DNA of 63,242 bases from an uncultured Methanospirillum sp. (GTDB lineage: Archaea > Halobacteriota > Methanomicrobia > Methanomicrobiales > Methanospirillaceae). The notes below the pieces were generated by a model. That model was not told the origin of the DNA, made no database searches, and saw nothing but the letters and a program-made list of their open reading frames with translations. Both the position numbers and the translations under genes were made by a program. The stretch lies in the NCBI GenBank assembly GCA_964637135.1, contig CAZWTX010000012.1, positions 1 through 63,242 of the forward strand, read 5' to 3'. Shown here piece after piece: positions 58,422-63,242 of this stretch (positions are counted from its first letter, which is position 1; each line of letters opens with the position of its first letter).

Positions 58422-59857
58422 CAGTATCTCCCTCCGGTGGTAACCGGTGTTTTCCTGACCCAGTCGATATCACTCTGGCACAGACCCCTGATATCATTCA
58501 GGGCCATCTTCAGCATGGCAACCCTGCTTGCCCCGAGTCCCCAGGCGAGCACCGGGCAGGTAATCCCCCATGGTGCGGTAACTTCCTCACGGAATATACC
58601 GGCGCCTCCCAACTCCACCCAGCCAAGCCCTTCGATATAGACTTCCGGCTCAACGCTCGGTTCAGTATACGGGAAATATCCTGGCCTGAACCTGACCTCT
58701 TCGAATCCCATCCGGTGATAAAATTCCCTGAGATACCCGAGCAGGTGCCGGAATGTGAGACCGTCATCCATCACGATCCCCTCGAGTTGCTCAAACTCGG
58801 GCAGGTGGGTTGAATCAATCGTTTCACGGCGGTACGCCCGTCCCACACAGAAGAGTTTCTGTGGGGGTTTTGGGTTTTCTGCGAGATGACGGATCGTCAG
58901 GGACGTGGTATGCGTCCGCAGAACTGTACTCCGTGCCTTTTCGGGATCCCATCTCCCCCCCCAGCCCGTAGACGAGGTATTCCCCCCGTGTTCATGGATG
59001 TCACGGATTGCCTCCCATCCGTGGGGAATCTCTGACCGGCCTGCAAGATGGAAGGTATCCTGCATCTCCCGTGCAGGATGATCCTGAGGCTGGAAGAGGG
59101 CATCAAAGTTCCAGAACGAGGACTGCACAACCGGGCCATATAGTTCGGTAAACCCCATCTGAAGGAAGATATTACGCATTTCATCGATAAGACGCTGGTA
59201 CGGGTGAATCTTTCCAGGGTACACCGGACGGGGTTTCTTTGAGATATCATACCGGCGAAGGGAGAGATCCTTCCACGCTCCCGACGATATCTGGTCGCTG
59301 GTAAGGGTTCCGGTCTCCTCGGTGAGATCAAGACCTGCATGGGCGAAGCGTTTTCCATCCTCCGTGATGCTGATGAGATACGATATCACCTCGTTTTCAA
59401 TGAAAAGCCCCCGTTTTATCAGTTCTTTTTTGATATCCGGTGAGACGGAGGCGGGTTGCCGTAACCCCGACTCTATGGGTGATTCCGGGGCATCTCCTGT
59501 TTTGATGACCAGTCCATTCTCAATGCTAACCCAGCCAAGGCGCTTCATCCACCCGATTCCGATTTTTGCGAGCGGGTGCTTATTCAGGTCACTGACGCTT
59601 ATTGAACCTGAAAAACTATTGTAGACCTGTCGTTCGGGAAGTCCTGCGTCCAGGTACTGCTTTCCCTCATCTGTTGGAACAAGCGATACGGTTGCCGAAC
59701 GAACAGTCGTCGCAAGGTTTTTTTCCGAGAGCAATCCCGCATACTGGATGACTGCTTCAGGAGATCGCTCCAGTTTTTCTCCCAGTTCTTCAGGTGTTCC
59801 GGTATTTGCGGCTGCAAGCACCATCAGGAGCCGCTTCTCATTCAGTGTCAGTTGCAT
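58421..59857 (-). CDS. pheS: Phenylalanyl-tRNA synthetase alpha subunit (archaeal type)
   Basis: [36 protein letters not shown]. Confidence 0.97.
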   Translation of the reverse strand: MQLTLNEKRLLMVLAAANTGTPEELGEKLERSPEAVIQYAGLLSEKNLATTVRSATVSLVPTDEGKQYLDAGLPERQVYNSFSGSISVSDLNKHPLAKIGIGWMKRLGWVSIENGLVIKTGDAPESPIESGLRQPASVSPDIKKELIKRGLFIENEVISYLISITEDGKRFAHAGLDLTEETGTLTSDQISSGAWKDLSLRRYDISKKPRPVYPGKIHPYQRLIDEMRNIFLQMGFTELYGPVVQSSFWNFDALFQPQDHPAREMQDTFHLAGRSEIPHGWEAIRDIHEHGGNTSSTGWGGRWDPEKARSTVLRTHTTSLTIRHLAENPKPPQKLFCVGRAYRRETIDSTHLPEFEQLEGIVMDDGLTFRHLLGYLREFYHRMGFEEVRFRPGYFPYTEPSVEPEVYIEGLGWVELGGAGIFREEVTAPWGITCPVLAWGLGASRVAMLKMALNDIRGLCQSDIDWVRKTPVTTGGRY

Positions 59858-59899
59858 CTTGATTCAGTCAGTTTTTTTGTGTTTTCAGTCAGCAGTTCA

Positions 59900-59990
59900 T
59901 TGTGCAGATGTACCTGGTCGACGTGAGCAAATCCCTGCCATCAGGAAGGATTCACTAGGATTCCGGACAACCGGATACCTGTCATCGGGA
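59900..59990 (-). ncRNA. Candidate structured RNA (pheS 5' leader or H/ACA-like sRNA)
   Basis: Long hairpin with several G-U pairs that form only on the minus strand, just downstream of a TATA-like TTTTTACATATATG (60004-60017). Confidence 0.4.
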
Positions 59991-60162
59991 CCGTACGTTC
60001 TCTCATATATGTAAAAACAAGGGGCCCGGTTTTCCAGACCCCTATCTAAACAAGAAGAATGAACCAGAGAAGAACCGGGAGAAAAATCCCGCAATAATCA
60101 TGATATCCCAATAGCTGTTACCGGGCTGTATTATTAATACGATGGGATGATACCGGCGCTCT

Positions 60163-61428
60163 TTACCGGGATCCGGAACGAATCTCATCTGCCGCGCAAT
60201 CCATTTTCTCCCTGAAACTCACCAGAAAAGAGATAACACGGTCAGCGGTGGCTTTTTTACAATGACCGCAGAGGAGTTCTCCTGACCGGCACTGCCGACA
60301 GAGATCTTCAAGCTCCCCGTCATCGGCGATCATGTGGAAGAGATTCAGCAGGTATACCGGGCACTTATCCGGTTCGCCACCAAGGCTCTTTTGTTCTTCG
60401 AGGGTCATCCGTCCCCCGGTCAGGGCAGCCATAATCTTCTTTCTGACCACCTTCTCACCTTCATGGAACCCGATGATGCTCTCCGGTACACTGGATGACA
60501 TCTTTCCTCCGGTCAGGCCTGGCATGAACCGGTGAAACGTTGCTGATGGGGTAATAAAACCATACCCCCCTGAACTCCGCTCTATCGCTCTGACCACTCC
60601 CGAAACCGTATCATGGGTAACGCCGGTGACATCGATATGCCCTTCGTACCGTTTTGAGCCGGGGAAAGCCCGGGCAACTGCCTTCATTGCCTCTTCAGGC
60701 GCCTCTTTAGATCGGATACTGATACATGTTTCCCGGTCTTCAACCGTAAACATCCGGAGTTTGTGGGCAACACCGCGGGTCAGGCGGATATGAGGATCCT
60801 GATCCAGTCCGACCGGGACAACCGTAGGTGCAGGATCTTCTTCGACCTGTGGATGAAGAATATCGGCAACCTGGGTCAGGATTGAAAAAGCATGACCTAT
60901 GTCGGTATCAGGGGTGAACCCGTAGATTGCAGTGAGCTCTGAAAAGTTAACCTTGTTTGAGGCTTCAAAGGCAAGATCCTGGACTGTCCGGTTCTCACTC
61001 TGGTAGTATGTCTTCCCCGTGAACCCCAGGGCATACAGGCAGGAGAGGTATTCAACTCCGTACGTCTCACAATCATCCCATGAGATGTTCCTGACAGCAT
61101 GAGCTTCCCGGTCAGCCATGCAGATATGGGCACTGCCACCCTGCATCACATGCCAGACCACTTCTTTCATCACCATCAGGTGTCCAAGATGGGGATGGCC
61201 TGATGGCATGAACCCGGTCATGACATGAAAAGGATCATGATTCCTGATGGCACGGGCTATCTTTTCGTAATCACGGTGTCCGAAGACAATACCACGACGC
61301 ATGAAATACGGAACCTCGGGAAGGAGTGAGGTTATAGGATCCAACCGCTCGATCCCGAACTCCTCGTGAAGACGTTCGATATCGATCGACTGGTCTGATG
61401 ACCATGGGTTGATTGACGATGAGTCCAT
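60163..61428 (-). CDS. trpS: Tryptophanyl-tRNA synthetase
   Basis: TGFMPSGHPHLGH, VPVGLDQDPH, GGKMSSS. Confidence 0.96.
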   Translation of the reverse strand: MDSSSINPWSSDQSIDIERLHEEFGIERLDPITSLLPEVPYFMRRGIVFGHRDYEKIARAIRNHDPFHVMTGFMPSGHPHLGHLMVMKEVVWHVMQGGSAHICMADREAHAVRNISWDDCETYGVEYLSCLYALGFTGKTYYQSENRTVQDLAFEASNKVNFSELTAIYGFTPDTDIGHAFSILTQVADILHPQVEEDPAPTVVPVGLDQDPHIRLTRGVAHKLRMFTVEDRETCISIRSKEAPEEAMKAVARAFPGSKRYEGHIDVTGVTHDTVSGVVRAIERSSGGYGFITPSATFHRFMPGLTGGKMSSSVPESIIGFHEGEKVVRKKIMAALTGGRMTLEEQKSLGGEPDKCPVYLLNLFHMIADDGELEDLCRQCRSGELLCGHCKKATADRVISFLVSFREKMDCAADEIRSGSR

Positions 61429-61451
61429 TTCCTCTGCCTGGATTGCTGGTA

Positions 61452-62459
61452 TCAGAGTTTGATTCTTGCAAACTCAATATACGCGATGCCCTCAAGATGT
61501 ATGCAGGCAAATAGCATCTTCTTTTTGACACTATGTGCCATCCGGACCGATCGGGAGACACCATTCATCAGGAGGGTGCTGTCCGGGGCAATCGCCTGGA
61601 CGAGCATTTCTGAGTGTATCTTACGGCCTGAATACACCCGGAAATGATGACCGAATTTATACCCGGTTTTCGGGATGTAATATAATGAACGCAGGTGCCG
61701 GTACACCTGGAGTTTCTGATCCAGTTCAGCATCAGATTCCTGGATAAGAGACCGGTATTGTTCCATGGGAACAACTGATTCCCCGGTACGAACCTGCAGG
61801 AATCCTTCCTCCATCAGGTAGATACCTTCTATCGTGGAGAGGATGAGCCGGGTGTCATCAAACCGTTTTCCGTAAAAGGCCAGGTCATACCCCGATTCCT
61901 TCTCTGCCGGGATAATTACCGACCTGCTTGCAAGCAGACCGGTGATCGGGGAGAGCGGGACGGCGTCATCGATCTCCATGAGCCGGTTCATCTTGATCTC
62001 ATAATATGTCAGTTCAAACTCATCGTCCACCACGGCAAGGATATGCTGTTTGCGCATATTCGCCGTTGTCTGCACTTCCTGACGGAGCTTTGAGAAATCA
62101 ATCGGATCACGCTCGGAGAGAACACGGACCATGTACTGGGACTCGCCTTTTCCCGGCTTTTCTCCCCGTCTGAATACACGAAAGTCGTGTGGGCCGGTCT
62201 GCACGACATACCCTCGTTCCCTGAGATCCTGGTACACAAGGAATGAACGAAGAAACCGGGAATCCTCGGAGAAATATCCGAGAAGGGATTCAAAATCAAG
62301 AGTTGGTATTTCAATCCGGCCACGGTAAACAAGATATAGCGCCTCTACCGGAGAAAGACGCAGTCCATCCTTTTGCGGCCTTCCGAATCCGCTCTGTTCG
62401 TAGAGGGAATACCCCTCCGGACCAAGCAGAACCTTCCCGTCTTCGATCCTTGCCTTCAC
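61452..62459 (-). CDS. endA: tRNA-intron endonuclease (homodimeric two-unit type)
   Basis: Two repeats (VYQDLRERG; KTGYKFGHHFRVY, AHSVKKK); GTG start inferred at 62459. Confidence 0.94.
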   Translation of the reverse strand: MKARIEDGKVLLGPEGYSLYEQSGFGRPQKDGLRLSPVEALYLVYRGRIEIPTLDFESLLGYFSEDSRFLRSFLVYQDLRERGYVVQTGPHDFRVFRRGEKPGKGESQYMVRVLSERDPIDFSKLRQEVQTTANMRKQHILAVVDDEFELTYYEIKMNRLMEIDDAVPLSPITGLLASRSVIIPAEKESGYDLAFYGKRFDDTRLILSTIEGIYLMEEGFLQVRTGESVVPMEQYRSLIQESDAELDQKLQVYRHLRSLYYIPKTGYKFGHHFRVYSGRKIHSEMLVQAIAPDSTLLMNGVSRSVRMAHSVKKKMLFACIHLEGIAYIEFARIKL

Positions 62460-62731
62460 TTCATATACATGGTACCGGTGAGAGAAAAAACAAAGCCTCA
62501 CGGGTTTGGATCCAGCAGTCAGAGGAATAAACCTCATGATGATATATCATGAAGAGGACTACAAAAAGTATCTCGTAGAGCAACAACACGAAACAAGGAT
62601 TCTCCCACCGATCCCTCGCGACCTCCTGCAGACCGGAGTTGCGGGAATCCTGCCCCGGGGAGCAGTCTGATGTATCCAGCCGCACAATATTAAGTATGGC
62701 CTGAATCCAGGTACCCCTCGGAACGACCATA

Positions 62732-62870
62732 GGTAACCGGTGAACGTGATGCCTCCAGGGAACGGGGGGACGCCACCGGCAACCCGAACGCGGGAGGGTC
62801 AATCCGCCCGTCTGATGCGTTCTGATCACGACTGGGGCATGTGCGAACGGGTACAGAATTCCTGCCCCCC
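62732..62870 (+). ncRNA. Candidate three-hairpin structured RNA in the endA / S-layer intergenic region
   Basis: Three adjacent stems downstream of TATA-like AATATTAAGT (~62686-62695). Confidence 0.3.
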
Positions 62871-63138
62871 ATACTGTTACGACCAAATTCGTCAGAAATA
62901 GCCCCTAAATCCCAAATTTCTTCGAAATATCGCCAGAAACCCCGGACTCCCGGGCCGTATCCGGGCATGAACCCGGGAAAAAACACCGGACCCAGATCAA
63001 AAGGATATAAAGGAGTTATGCCAATCTAATAATGATACTTCGCTTGCCCCCCGGAGTATGCCACATATTCCCGGTGACATCACTGATGTAAATAACACCG
63101 GAATCATGTGTTTTCGCGGGGTTGTTCGGAGGACATGA

Positions 63139-63242
63139 ATGAACGCACGATTTGCAGTAGTCATGATGGTGCTCGTTGCACTTGCAATCATGGCCCTGCC
63201 GGCATCTGCCGCTATCAACAAGATCAACCAGGGTGGAGAAGT
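63139..63242 (+). CDS. Partial secreted protein, probably a DUF3821-type S-layer protein (5' end only)
   Basis: GGAGG SD; MNARFAVVMMVLVALAIMALPASAAINKINQGGEV; TATA-like GATATAAA at ~63004. Confidence 0.7.
   Translation, partial: MNARFAVVMMVLVALAIMALPASAAINKINQGGE

Noticed and set aside
59921..59928. Minus-strand GCUCACG complementary to a conserved 23S rRNA peptidyl-transferase-region segment (CGUGAGC)
   Set aside because: Only 7-8 nt, and the other pocket strand does not pair cleanly; too weak to assign a target.
62460..62537. N-terminal extension of EndA in the ORF track (similar extensions on wrbA, DUF1700, toast-rack, cdhC and rubredoxin)
   Set aside because: Longest-ORF artefacts; family similarity and ATGA coupling point to the downstream starts used here.
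62700..62890. 5S rRNA, RNase P RNA, SRP RNA or tRNA identity for the structured stretch
   Set aside because: Conserved signature sequences and a cloverleaf/T-loop were not found by eye.
1..63242. CRISPR arrays, IS elements, integrases, prophage genes, selenocysteine TGA readthrough
   Set aside because: No regularly spaced repeats, transposase/integrase motifs or TGA-interrupted conserved frames were seen; the frequent CCGG-rich short inverted repeats reflect base composition.

Overview
Gene-dense (49 complete CDS, one carrying an in-frame amber, plus one partial) chromosomal segment of a hydrogenotrophic methanogenic archaeon. Methanomicrobiales, probably Methanospirillum-like, is inferred from the multi-PAS sensor proteins, archaeal PpcA/PheRS/EndA and a DUF3821-type S-layer N-terminus. 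Core content: cooC-cooC-cdhABCDE (CODH/ACS) preceded by rubredoxin and SOD, ppcA, an ASKHA/RACo corrinoid activator, acetyl-CoA synthetase, a bacterial-type sbcCD pair, several PAS/GAF/PocR signalling proteins, and endA-trpS-pheS-pheT. No rRNA, tRNA, CRISPR array or transposase was seen. Most notable: (1) a signal-peptide-bearing R-S-E class ADP-ribosyltransferase with intact catalytic motifs and no adjacent immunity gene; (2) a secreted CARDB-like protein ending in CxxCH beside a CxxCH-thioredoxin/CcdA-like membrane protein; (3) a DUF4013-PadR-DUF1700-toast-rack-(COG1361-ABC) envelope module with a perfect palindromic operator; (4) paired palindromes between acs and a divergent HTH-PAS regulator; (5) a structured pheS leader with two CUGACUGAA repeats; (6) a NUDIX gene with an in-frame TAG; (7) a start-codon anomaly in the RACo gene. 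All calls come from motif recognition by eye; no searches were run.
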